This document shows positions 8,148 through 16,366 of a stretch of 20,000 nucleotides of DNA, piece by piece. This DNA comes from Lentisphaeria bacterium (GTDB taxonomy: Bacteria > Verrucomicrobiota > Lentisphaeria > JABSQK01 > JAWLHB01), in the NCBI GenBank assembly GCA_041690595.1, contig JAWLHB010000007.1, forward strand, positions 233,294-253,293. Direction: 5' to 3'. Under the pieces are notes generated by a model. The model searched no databases. It was not told the DNA's origin and was given only the letters and a program-made list of their open reading frames with translations. Each line of letters begins with the position of its first letter. The first letter of the stretch is position 1. Position numbers and translations under genes: made by a program.

Positions 8148-9253
8148 GTGCCGGCGTCAGGGAGAGCTCCCGGTCGGCGATCGACGCCATCCTGCGCGGA
8201 CGCCATGCGTCATTCGTGCCCCTGCACGACGCGCCGTGGTCGGATACCGTCGACAAATGGGTGAAGCAGGGCATGCCTACCGATGCGAATGGGAAGGCCG
8301 TGAACGCGGAAGACCATTTTGGCTTCGACATGGCCGGCTGCGGTGGCTGGTTCAAGTGGCAGGCCGTCTATGACCGCGAGGTCATTCTGGAAGAGAACGA
8401 GCAGTGGAAGATTGTGCGCAATGGCAACGGGGCGGTGCTGAAGTGGTGGAAGACCCACTCCGGAACGCCCGAGCATATCGACTTCCACATGAGCAGCCGG
8501 GCGATCTGGGAACGGGACTATCGGCCCAAGCTGGTGGACTTCGATCCCAAGCGGGTCGACGTGGAAGGGGCGCGCAAGAACCTAGCGCTACGGCGGGGGC
8601 AGGAGAAGTGGACCTACTTCGGACATCAGTTCATCTGGGAATGCCTTCGGGCCTCCCTCGGTGATGTGGCCATGTACATGGCCCTGATCGAAGATCCCGA
8701 ATGGATCCACGACTTCAATCGCGTCCACACGGATATGTGGAAGAGCTGCTATGCGTACCTCTTCGAGCAGGTGGGCAAGCCCGACGGCGTCTGGGTCTAT
8801 GAGGATCTGGGCTACCGCGACAAGCTCTTCTGCAGCCCGAAGGTTCTGGCGGAGGTCATCTTTCCCTATTATGCGGAGCTGGTCGACTTCTTCCATGGCT
8901 ACGACTTACCGGTGGTGCTGCATTCCTGCGGCTACCAGGCGCCGATGATCCCGCTAGCCATCGAAGCCGGCTTCGACGGCCTGAACCCGATGGAGGTCAA
9001 GGCCGGCAACGACATCTTCGCCTATGCGGAAAAGTACGGCGACAAGCTGGCCTTTGTCGGAGGTTTCGACGCCGTGATCCTCGAAAGCAGCGATCGCGAG
9101 CTGATCCGGCGGCGCGTTATCGACTTCATGGTGGGCATGAAGAAGCGGGGCGCCCGCTTCGTTTACGGCTCCGACCATTCGCTCTCCACCAATATCGACT
9201 ACGACGACTTCCTTTACAGTCTGGAAGTCTATCGAGAGCTGGCTGAGTATTGA
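8144..9253 (+). CDS. Uroporphyrinogen decarboxylase / MtaA-type (MT2) family TIM-barrel protein of unknown function
   Basis: ATGA overlap with the ThuA stop places the start at 8144, not 7889. Motifs EDLGYRDKLFCSP, VLHSCG, AGFDGLNPMEVKAG, YGDKLAFVGGFD, GSDHS. Confidence 0.85.
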   Translation: MSAGVRESSRSAIDAILRGRHASFVPLHDAPWSDTVDKWVKQGMPTDANGKAVNAEDHFGFDMAGCGGWFKWQAVYDREVILEENEQWKIVRNGNGAVLKWWKTHSGTPEHIDFHMSSRAIWERDYRPKLVDFDPKRVDVEGARKNLALRRGQEKWTYFGHQFIWECLRASLGDVAMYMALIEDPEWIHDFNRVHTDMWKSCYAYLFEQVGKPDGVWVYEDLGYRDKLFCSPKVLAEVIFPYYAELVDFFHGYDLPVVLHSCGYQAPMIPLAIEAGFDGLNPMEVKAGNDIFAYAEKYGDKLAFVGGFDAVILESSDRELIRRRVIDFMVGMKKRGARFVYGSDHSLSTNIDYDDFLYSLEVYRELAEY

Positions 9254-9288
9254 CCCGGCCGGCAAGTATCAACCTGAGGAATACAGAG

Positions 9289-10275
9289 ATGAAGAAGATC
9301 AGATGGGGCATCCTTGGATGCGGTAACATTGCCAAGAAGTTCGCCGCGGGGCTGACCGTGATCCCCGACGCGGAGCTGGTTGCGGTCGGTTCGCGCAGTC
9401 AGGAAAAGGCCGATGCGTTTGCCAATGAGTTCGGGGCAACTCGGCGCCATGCCAGCTATGAAGCACTGGCCGCGGATGCACAGGTCGACGCCATCTATGT
9501 CGCCACGCCGCACGTCTTCCACCGGGAGAACTCGATTCTCTGCATGGAGCACGGCAAGGCGGTCCTCTGCGAGAAGCCCATCAGCATCAATGCTGCCGAT
9601 ACGCAGGCCATGATCGACAGCGCCCGCGCCAACAAGGTCTTCCTGATGGAAGCCATGTGGACCCGCTTCCTGCCGACCATGACCAAGCTGCGCGAGCTGC
9701 TGGCCGCTGGAACTATCGGCGACGTTCGCATGATCATCGCGGATTTCGGCTTCCGCTCCGGCTTCAATCCGCAAGGGCGCCTCTTCGACCCGGCCCTCGG
9801 CGGCGGTGGGCTCCTCGACGTCGGCGTCTATTCCGTCTCTTTCACCTCCATGGTGATGGGCGGCAAAGCGCCGCTCGGCGTCGTCAGCCAGGCGGAGATC
9901 GGCGCGACCGGCATCGATGAACAGGCCGCCTGGATTCTCAACTACGAGGATGCCAGGCTCGGTATCGGCTATTCGGCCGTGCGCACGGGGACGCCCCATG
10001 AGGCGACGGTCCTCGGCACCGATGGCCGCATTCGTGCCGAAGCTCCCTTCTGGTCCGGCGAGCAGCTCACCGTTACCGCTGGCGGCAAGACCGAGACGCT
10101 CACCCTGCCGAAGGTAGGCAACGGCTACAACTACCAGGCTGTGGAAGTCATGAACTGCCTGCGCGCCGGCAAGTTGGAAAGCGAGATCATGCCATTGGCG
10201 GAGTCGCTCCAGATCCAGCAGACCATGGAGCGCATTCGTGCTCCGTGGGGACTCGTTTACCCCAGCGAAAAGTGA
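9289..10275 (+). CDS. Gfo/Idh/MocA-family oxidoreductase (DHDH / xylose dehydrogenase-like)
   Basis: RBS GAGGA then MKKIRWGILGCGNIA. Motifs VDAIYVATPH, VLCEKP, LMEAMWTRFLP, GGGGLLDVGVY. Confidence 0.93.
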   Translation: MKKIRWGILGCGNIAKKFAAGLTVIPDAELVAVGSRSQEKADAFANEFGATRRHASYEALAADAQVDAIYVATPHVFHRENSILCMEHGKAVLCEKPISINAADTQAMIDSARANKVFLMEAMWTRFLPTMTKLRELLAAGTIGDVRMIIADFGFRSGFNPQGRLFDPALGGGGLLDVGVYSVSFTSMVMGGKAPLGVVSQAEIGATGIDEQAAWILNYEDARLGIGYSAVRTGTPHEATVLGTDGRIRAEAPFWSGEQLTVTAGGKTETLTLPKVGNGYNYQAVEVMNCLRAGKLESEIMPLAESLQIQQTMERIRAPWGLVYPSEK

Positions 10276-10288
10276 AAGGATAGCCCGC

Positions 10289-11263
10289 ATGAGCAAGATG
10301 CAATATGGACACGTTCCGGGCGTCGATAAGCCCGTGTCGCGCATCGTCCAGGGAACGACGATGATCAATGAAGGCGGCGATGAAAAAGAGATGTTCGCCC
10401 TGCTCGACGCCGCTTTCGAGAATGGCTGCAATGCCTTCGACACGGCCCACATCTACGGTGGCGGCGGCAACGAACGCATGGTCGGCAACTGGATCCGCAG
10501 TCGCGGCATCCGCGAGGAAGTCGTCATCATCGCCAAGGGCGCCCATCACAGCCGCGATCGTCGGCGCGTGACCCCGTGGGATATCAGTGCCGATCTTCAT
10601 GACTCCCTCGCCCGCTTTCAGGTCGACTACATCGACCTGTATATCCTTCATCGGGACGACCCGACCTTTCCCGTCAGCCCGATCATCGACTGCCTCAACG
10701 ATCATGAAGATTACGGCCGCATCAGCGCCTTCGGTGGCTCGAACTGGTCTCACATCCGCCTCCAGGAGGCGGCCAGATACGCGGACCTGACGGATCAGAC
10801 ACCCTTTGCCGCCAGCAGCCCCAACTTCAGCCTCGCCGAGCAGCATGAGGAACCCTGGCCCGGCTGCGTTAGCATCTCCGGGACAAAAGGCGCCGCGGGC
10901 CGCGAATGGTATCGCCAGACGCAGTTCCCGGTCTTCGCCTGGTCGACCCTTGCCAGCGGCTTCTGGAGTGACCGCTACTCCCGCGATAACTACCAGACGC
11001 TCGATATCCCGGCGGCTGGGCTGGTGCGCCAGTGCTACTGCCGCGAAGACAACTTCCAGCGACTCGATCGTGTCCGCGAGATGGCAAAGGAGAAGGGCCT
11101 CACCGTACCGCAACTGGCGACCGCCTACGTCTTCAGTCAACCGCTAAACGTTTTTGGCCTCATCGCGTCGGCGAATCGCGCTGAATTCGAGGCGAACCTC
11201 GAAGCGCTGTCACTGGAGTTGACCGCCGAAGAGTGCTCCTGGCTCGACCTGCGCGAAAAATAG
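10289..11263 (+). CDS. Aldo/keto reductase
   Basis: RBS AAGGA. Catalytic tetrad motifs FDTAHIY, IIAKG and YIDLYILHRD, plus FGGSNW and WSTLASG. Confidence 0.93.
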   Translation: MSKMQYGHVPGVDKPVSRIVQGTTMINEGGDEKEMFALLDAAFENGCNAFDTAHIYGGGGNERMVGNWIRSRGIREEVVIIAKGAHHSRDRRRVTPWDISADLHDSLARFQVDYIDLYILHRDDPTFPVSPIIDCLNDHEDYGRISAFGGSNWSHIRLQEAARYADLTDQTPFAASSPNFSLAEQHEEPWPGCVSISGTKGAAGREWYRQTQFPVFAWSTLASGFWSDRYSRDNYQTLDIPAAGLVRQCYCREDNFQRLDRVREMAKEKGLTVPQLATAYVFSQPLNVFGLIASANRAEFEANLEALSLELTAEECSWLDLREK

Positions 11264-11273
11264 GAATGCTTTG

Positions 11274-11309
11274 CTGGCGGGAGCACCCCGTTGGAGGGAC
11301 TCCCGCCAG
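11274..11309. terminator. Hairpin between the convergent AKR and purM genes (probable bidirectional terminator)
   Basis: Perfect 10-bp inverted repeat CTGGCGGGAG(11274-11283)...CTCCCGCCAG(11300-11309). U-tracts are weak. Confidence 0.6.
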
Positions 11310-11316
11310 TTCCTGA

Positions 11317-12369
11317 TCAGAGATCGATGCCGCGAATCATGACGTTGGCTTCGCCCTTGGCCACTTCGCCGATGGTCTCGGCGGCAAAGCCAGCCTCGCG
11401 ACAGAGCTTCAGCGCTGCGTCTTCCGCCTCGGCGGGCACGAAGAGGACCATGCCGACACCCATGTTGAAGACGCGGTACATCTCCTCGTCCCCGATCTTG
11501 CCCCCCTCCTGGATGAGCTTGAAGATCGGTGGCACGGGCAGCGTATCCCGATCGCAGATGACGCAATATGCGTCGGGTACGGTGCGCGGGATGTTGTCGT
11601 AGAAGCCGCCACCCGTGATGTGCGCCACCCCGTGCAACGGCAGCTCCGCGGCAAGTGCGGCACGAATGGCCGGCCAGTAGCAGACATGCGGCTTGAGCAG
11701 GGCGTCGCCGACGCTCTCGCCCTTCAGCAGCTCGGGCGTATCCGTCACCTTGTAGCCGCAATCGTCGAGAAGCACCCGCCGGGCCAGGCTGTAGCCATTG
11801 GTGTGCAGGCCGTTGCCCGCCAGCCCGATTGCCTTGTGACCGACAGTTATCCGATCGCCGGTGATCAAGCGTGAGCGATCGACCACACCGGTGATGCAGC
11901 CAACCAGGTCGAAGTCGTTGCCGTACATGCCCGGCATCTCCGCGGTCTCGCCGCCGAGCAGCGCCACATTCTGCGCGCGACACGCGTCGGCAATGCCCCC
12001 CAGAACCTGCTCGTACAGGGGGCTGCGCAACTTGCCGATGCCGATATAATCCAGGAAATAGAGAGGCTCGGCTCCCTGCACCGCGATGTCGTTGATGCAG
12101 TGATTGACGATGTCGTAGCCGACCGTGTCGTACTTCTCCATCATCGCCGCCACCATCAGTTTCGTCCCTACGCCGTCGACGCTGGAAACCAGTACCGGCT
12201 GCGTATAGCCGGTGAGATCCAACTGAAAGAGCCCACCGAAGCCGCCCACCGGCGCCAGCACTTCCGGACGCTTCGCCGCACCCAGGCGACCCTTCAGATC
12301 CTTCAGCAAACGCCCCGCCAGATCGATGTCGACACCGGCTTCCTTGTACCTGTCGCTCTTCGCGCTCAT
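11317..12369 (-). CDS. purM: Phosphoribosylformylglycinamidine cyclo-ligase (AIR synthetase)
   Basis: YKEAGVDID, GGFGGLF, DGVGTKL, NDIAVQGAEPLYFLDY, GGETAEMPG, NGLHTNGYSLAR, AHITGGG, VFNMGVGM. Confidence 0.98.
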   Translation of the reverse strand: MSAKSDRYKEAGVDIDLAGRLLKDLKGRLGAAKRPEVLAPVGGFGGLFQLDLTGYTQPVLVSSVDGVGTKLMVAAMMEKYDTVGYDIVNHCINDIAVQGAEPLYFLDYIGIGKLRSPLYEQVLGGIADACRAQNVALLGGETAEMPGMYGNDFDLVGCITGVVDRSRLITGDRITVGHKAIGLAGNGLHTNGYSLARRVLLDDCGYKVTDTPELLKGESVGDALLKPHVCYWPAIRAALAAELPLHGVAHITGGGFYDNIPRTVPDAYCVICDRDTLPVPPIFKLIQEGGKIGDEEMYRVFNMGVGMVLFVPAEAEDAALKLCREAGFAAETIGEVAKGEANVMIRGIDL

Positions 12370-12417
12370 GGACTCTCCCTCTGAAATGATGCTCGACTAC
12401 ATGTGCCCCATCAATAG

Positions 12418-12446
12418 ACTATACCCGCACGAGATTTCAATTCACA
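12418..12446 (-). promoter_or_regulatory. Possible purM promoter
   Basis: - strand TGTGAA-17nt-TATAGT about 50 nt upstream of the purM ATG. The -35 match is weak. Confidence 0.3.
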
Positions 12447-12528
12447 CAGCTCCACCACCGCTAGACTTGGAAGCACGCCGAAGTGCCCGTAGTTTACTGG
12501 ATAACCTCTATCCAAAGGACCGCTCCCC

Positions 12529-14034
12529 ATGCGAACCGCCGCCGCACTCGTGCTCCTGCTCTTGACGATGCTTCCCCTCGCCGCGGAGCCGGAATCGGTC
12601 GCGCTCCTGGAGCAGGCCATCGCCGCCATGCAGCAGGACGGCCTTCCGGAAGGAAGCGCCTGGCACCTGCGCATGAAAACAGTCGAAGAGCTGCATCCCG
12701 ACGTCGAGCTGACGGCGGAGGTGGAGATCTGGTGGAATGCCGGCGGCTATCTGGAGTTGCAGCGCTACCGGGAGCACCTCATCCATGCGAAGCTCTGGGA
12801 CGGTGCCCAGCTCTACTTTGCCGAGAGCCGGCGCATCCGTTATCCCCTGGTCATCGATCAAAAAGAATTTCAGCTGAGTTGGGAGGCGATGCAGGTGGCA
12901 TCGCTGGCTCCCCTGCGGCGAGACGATGCCTTCACCCTTTCCCTCGGCGAGACGCGCCGGATCGACGACTTCAGCTGTCGCGAACTCATCGCCCAATCGC
13001 GCCAATCCGGGATCGTCTATCGCCTCTTCCTCGATCAACGCGCGCACCTGCTTCGCGCCCTTGCCTACCCCACGCAGGTACTCTACGGGGGCTCCATCCA
13101 TGATCACGATCATGAGGTCCGCTTCGAGAACTATCGCAAGGATGCGTCGGGAATGCCGATAGCGCGACTGATTCGCCACCTCGAGGATGGTGAGCAGAAG
13201 CTGGCCGCGACGGTGCGCACCGTTGACCTGCAGGCGGATATCCCCGTGGACTTCTTCACCCGTGAGCGGCTGGAGGCCATCCTCGAAGAGCACCCTCCCT
13301 TTCCCTCCCAGCTCAACAGGGCACAGCGGAAACTGCTTCGGGATACGGTCGATGCCATCGAGAAGGGGAATGCCGAGCACGCCGCCATGCGCCATTCGGC
13401 CGTCACCAGGCTACTGGATCCAGCAAAGTATCGGGCCGCGCTGCTCGACCAGCCTACCTACGTGATGGTCGCGCCGAATCGCCTTGGCGGCCACTCCTCC
13501 GCGCACTTCATGCCGATGGATCTCGACGAGCAGGGGCGACCCCGCCTCGACGTTATCACCCTCCGGGATCAGCCACTCGAAGGCTTCACCGACTTCCTCA
13601 CCCTCCTGCACGAGGCCAGCCATCTCCTCATCCGGCAGTACCAGACCGCTGCCCCCATCCTTGCCATCGATGACGAGGACTTGGTGGCGTGGCAGGAGGA
13701 ATCGACCTACCTGCTCAAGAACCTCACCGACTTCGAAGCCGTTGCCTTCGCCGACCCTCGGCCCGATAACTGGGAGCAGGAGGTGCAGCGCCTCTGGGGC
13801 CACGTCCTCCTGCGCTATCGCTACGGCATGGCCGAGCATGCCCTCACCGATGCGGAACTCGCCCAGATGGAGGCGATCACCGGCTTCCGCGTTCGCCTCG
13901 ACGAGGTGCGTCAGATTTATCTCCAGGCTGGTCTGCCCGAAGCCGTCATCCCGATGCAACTCGCCGACCGCTTCAACAAAGTGGTCGATCGCATCGAGAA
14001 GCGTCAGAACCAGCTGCGCCGCCCCTGGCGGTGA
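12529..14034 (+). CDS. Exported hypothetical protein: LolA-like N-terminal domain plus C-terminal HExxH (zincin-like) domain
   Basis: RBS AAGGA and signal peptide MRTAAALVLLLLTMLPLAA. The N-half has LLEQAIAAM, RLFLDQRAHLL, VRFENYRKDASGMPIA and IPVDFF. The C-half has TLLHEASHLL (13609-13623 encodes HEASH). The CDS looks real; the domain calls are inferred. Confidence 0.7.
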   Translation: MRTAAALVLLLLTMLPLAAEPESVALLEQAIAAMQQDGLPEGSAWHLRMKTVEELHPDVELTAEVEIWWNAGGYLELQRYREHLIHAKLWDGAQLYFAESRRIRYPLVIDQKEFQLSWEAMQVASLAPLRRDDAFTLSLGETRRIDDFSCRELIAQSRQSGIVYRLFLDQRAHLLRALAYPTQVLYGGSIHDHDHEVRFENYRKDASGMPIARLIRHLEDGEQKLAATVRTVDLQADIPVDFFTRERLEAILEEHPPFPSQLNRAQRKLLRDTVDAIEKGNAEHAAMRHSAVTRLLDPAKYRAALLDQPTYVMVAPNRLGGHSSAHFMPMDLDEQGRPRLDVITLRDQPLEGFTDFLTLLHEASHLLIRQYQTAAPILAIDDEDLVAWQEESTYLLKNLTDFEAVAFADPRPDNWEQEVQRLWGHVLLRYRYGMAEHALTDAELAQMEAITGFRVRLDEVRQIYLQAGLPEAVIPMQLADRFNKVVDRIEKRQNQLRRPWR

Positions 14035-14052
14035 CGCAGCCGGCTCCAGTTC

Positions 14053-15375
14053 TTACCCGCAGACTTCCCGCAGCGCGCGGCCCATGGCCTCGACGCTTTC
14101 GTCCAGTTGCTCTTCCGTGATGACCAGCGGCGGCGCGACACGGATCACATTGCCGTGGACTCCCACGGAGCCGACCAGCAGCCCCTGATTCGCGCACGCC
14201 GTCATCAACGGACGAATCAGCTCCGGCGCCGGCTCGCGGCTCGCTTTGTCCTTGACGAACTCCAACCCGTAGACCAGGCCCATCCCGCGCACGTCGCCCA
14301 GCTTCGGGCAGCTCTCCTGCAGACGGCGCAGCTTCGGGAGCAGGTACTCGCCCAGCCGAGCGGCGCGGGCCGGCAACTCCTCGTCCTTCATGATATCCAG
14401 GACCGCGATCACCGCGGCGCTGGCCACCGGATTGCCGCCCAGAGTGCTCGACATCTCCCCCTTGGCCAGGCATGCAAAGATCTCGCTGCGTGCCGCGACG
14501 GCCGCGGTTGCGATGCCGCTGCCGATCCCCTTGCCGATGGTGACGATGTCCGGCGTCAGCTGCTCGTGCTCCATCGCCCACATGCGGCCCGTCCGGCCGT
14601 ACGAGGACTGCACCTCGTCCAGGGTGAAGAGCAGCTTCTTGCCGCGCAGCCAGGCTTCCAGGCGGGTGAGCCAGCCAGCCGGCGGAAAGATGAAACCTGC
14701 CGCTCCCTGATAAGGCTCGACAATGGCTCCGGCAAGGCTGCCCGTTGAATTCGCCGCGATCATGCCCTCGATGAAGTCGAAATAGCGCTTGAACTCGGGC
14801 CCGTCATCGCACCAGCCACACGGGTCGCGATAGGGGTTGGGGTAGGGGAGGCGGATGACGCCGGGCAGGGTGGGGCCGTACTTTCGCTTTGGGCCAGCCA
14901 TGCCGCCCATCGCCGCCGCCGCCGTCGTGCGGCCATGAAATCCCCCTTCGAACGAGAGGATCTCGAAGTTTCCCGAATACCGCTTCATCAGGCGGCTCGC
15001 CGCCTCGGTGCATTCGCTGCCGGTGCTCAGGAAGAAGCAGCGATTCAGATGCGCGGGCAGCGCCTCGACCAGTCGCTCCGCGGCACGAATGCGATACTCG
15101 GTCGGGCATTCATAGTTGTTGAGCAGCTTCTGGCTTGCCTCGCGCGTCGCTTCCACCAGTCGCGGATGGCAATGACCCACATTCGTCACCAGCACGCCGC
15201 TCGTCCAGTCAATGAAGGTGTTGCCATCGACATCAGTCACCACCGCTCCACGACCGCTCTCCCAGACGACCGGCGCCTGAAAGCCGCAGACATCCGCCTC
15301 GAACTCGTGCCACCTCTCCAGCAGCGCCTTGCTTTTCGGCCCTGGCAGCGGCCCCTTTACCTTGGCTATACTCAT
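14053..15375 (-). CDS. Class III PLP-dependent aminotransferase (GabT/ArgD-like)
   Basis: DVDGNTFIDW, NVGHCHP, STGSE, GFHGRT, IVEPYQGAAG, DEVQSSYGRTG, PDIVTIGKGIGSG (PLP lysine), STLGGNP, VRGMGL, NVIRVAPPL. Confidence 0.95.
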   Translation of the reverse strand: MSIAKVKGPLPGPKSKALLERWHEFEADVCGFQAPVVWESGRGAVVTDVDGNTFIDWTSGVLVTNVGHCHPRLVEATREASQKLLNNYECPTEYRIRAAERLVEALPAHLNRCFFLSTGSECTEAASRLMKRYSGNFEILSFEGGFHGRTTAAAAMGGMAGPKRKYGPTLPGVIRLPYPNPYRDPCGWCDDGPEFKRYFDFIEGMIAANSTGSLAGAIVEPYQGAAGFIFPPAGWLTRLEAWLRGKKLLFTLDEVQSSYGRTGRMWAMEHEQLTPDIVTIGKGIGSGIATAAVAARSEIFACLAKGEMSSTLGGNPVASAAVIAVLDIMKDEELPARAARLGEYLLPKLRRLQESCPKLGDVRGMGLVYGLEFVKDKASREPAPELIRPLMTACANQGLLVGSVGVHGNVIRVAPPLVITEEQLDESVEAMGRALREVCG

Positions 15376-15377
15376 GA

Positions 15378-16349
15378 TCAGACCTCGTTTACCGGGAATT
15401 TTGGTGCTTCGCCGCGGGCATGGCGCAGGATGTCGTCGACTATGCTCTCGCGAATGTGTTGGCCGGCCTCTTCACTCGCCCAGCCGATGTGGGGCGTGAG
15501 AATGCAGCTGGGAAGGTCGAACAGGCGCATCTCGCGCGGTGGCGGCTCCGTATCGAAGACGTCGATCGCGGCGCCCGCGATCACCTCTGTTTCCAGCGCG
15601 TCGGCAAGCGCCTCCGCATCGACCATCGGCCCTCGCGAGGTATTGATCAGGTAAGCGCTGCGCTTCATCTTCGACAGCGATTCGGAATTGATGATGTGGC
15701 GCGTTTCCGTGTTCAGCGGCGTATGCACCGTGATATAGTCCGACTCGCGCCAGAGGGTCTCGTGGTCCACAAACTCGATCTCGAGTGCCGCCTTGCGCTT
15801 CTCGCTCAGGTAGGGATCGCAGCCGATGATCCGGAAGCCGAAGGACTTGAGCTTTCTTGCCACCTGGCTGCCGATGCGGCCCACCCCCAGGATGCCCAGC
15901 GTCTTCCCTTCCAGCCGGTAGATGGGGAAGAGCTCCGAGAAGTCCCACTGGCCGCGCGCACTGGAATCCTCCAGCGTCTTGCGGCTGCTCACCACCTTGC
16001 GACCACACGCAAGGATCAGCGCGATGGCATGCTCGGCCACATCTTCCATGCAGTAGCTGGGCTGGTACGCGAACTGGATACCATGGCGCGTGCACGCTTC
16101 CACGTCCACATTGTCATAGCCGATCCCGTGCCGAATCAGCAGCTTGCACTTGGGCAACCTGCCAAGCAGCGAATCGGTCATCTTCACCATGTTGACCACT
16201 ACCACATCCGCCTCTTCCAGCTTCGGGACCACCTCGTCTTCAGGCTTGAACTTCAGCTGATACGCCGCAAAGTCGATCCCTTGTTCCTGGAGTTGACCAG
16301 CTTCCCAGTCCAGATTGTCTTCAATGTAATCGGTGACGACAACTTTCAT
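15378..16349 (-). CDS. D-isomer-specific 2-hydroxyacid dehydrogenase (SerA/CtBP-like)
   Basis: RBS AAGGA before MKVVVTDY (16349). Motifs RHGIGYDNVD, VAEHA, GILGVGRIG, HTPLN, INTSRG, DVFDTEP, TPHIGW. No ACT domain. Confidence 0.93.
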   Translation of the reverse strand: MKVVVTDYIEDNLDWEAGQLQEQGIDFAAYQLKFKPEDEVVPKLEEADVVVVNMVKMTDSLLGRLPKCKLLIRHGIGYDNVDVEACTRHGIQFAYQPSYCMEDVAEHAIALILACGRKVVSSRKTLEDSSARGQWDFSELFPIYRLEGKTLGILGVGRIGSQVARKLKSFGFRIIGCDPYLSEKRKAALEIEFVDHETLWRESDYITVHTPLNTETRHIINSESLSKMKRSAYLINTSRGPMVDAEALADALETEVIAGAAIDVFDTEPPPREMRLFDLPSCILTPHIGWASEEAGQHIRESIVDDILRHARGEAPKFPVNEV

Positions 16350-16366
16350 TGCTCTTTCCTTTTGAT

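Noticed and set aside
9229..13395. - strand ORFs 9229-10452, 10187-11140 and 12508-13395
   Set aside because: They are antisense to better-supported + strand genes and show no domain signatures.
8144..16349. Gene symbols hemE, gabT and serA
   Set aside because: The similarity is family-level only. HemE motifs and the SerA ACT domain are missing, and the gene context points to other substrates.
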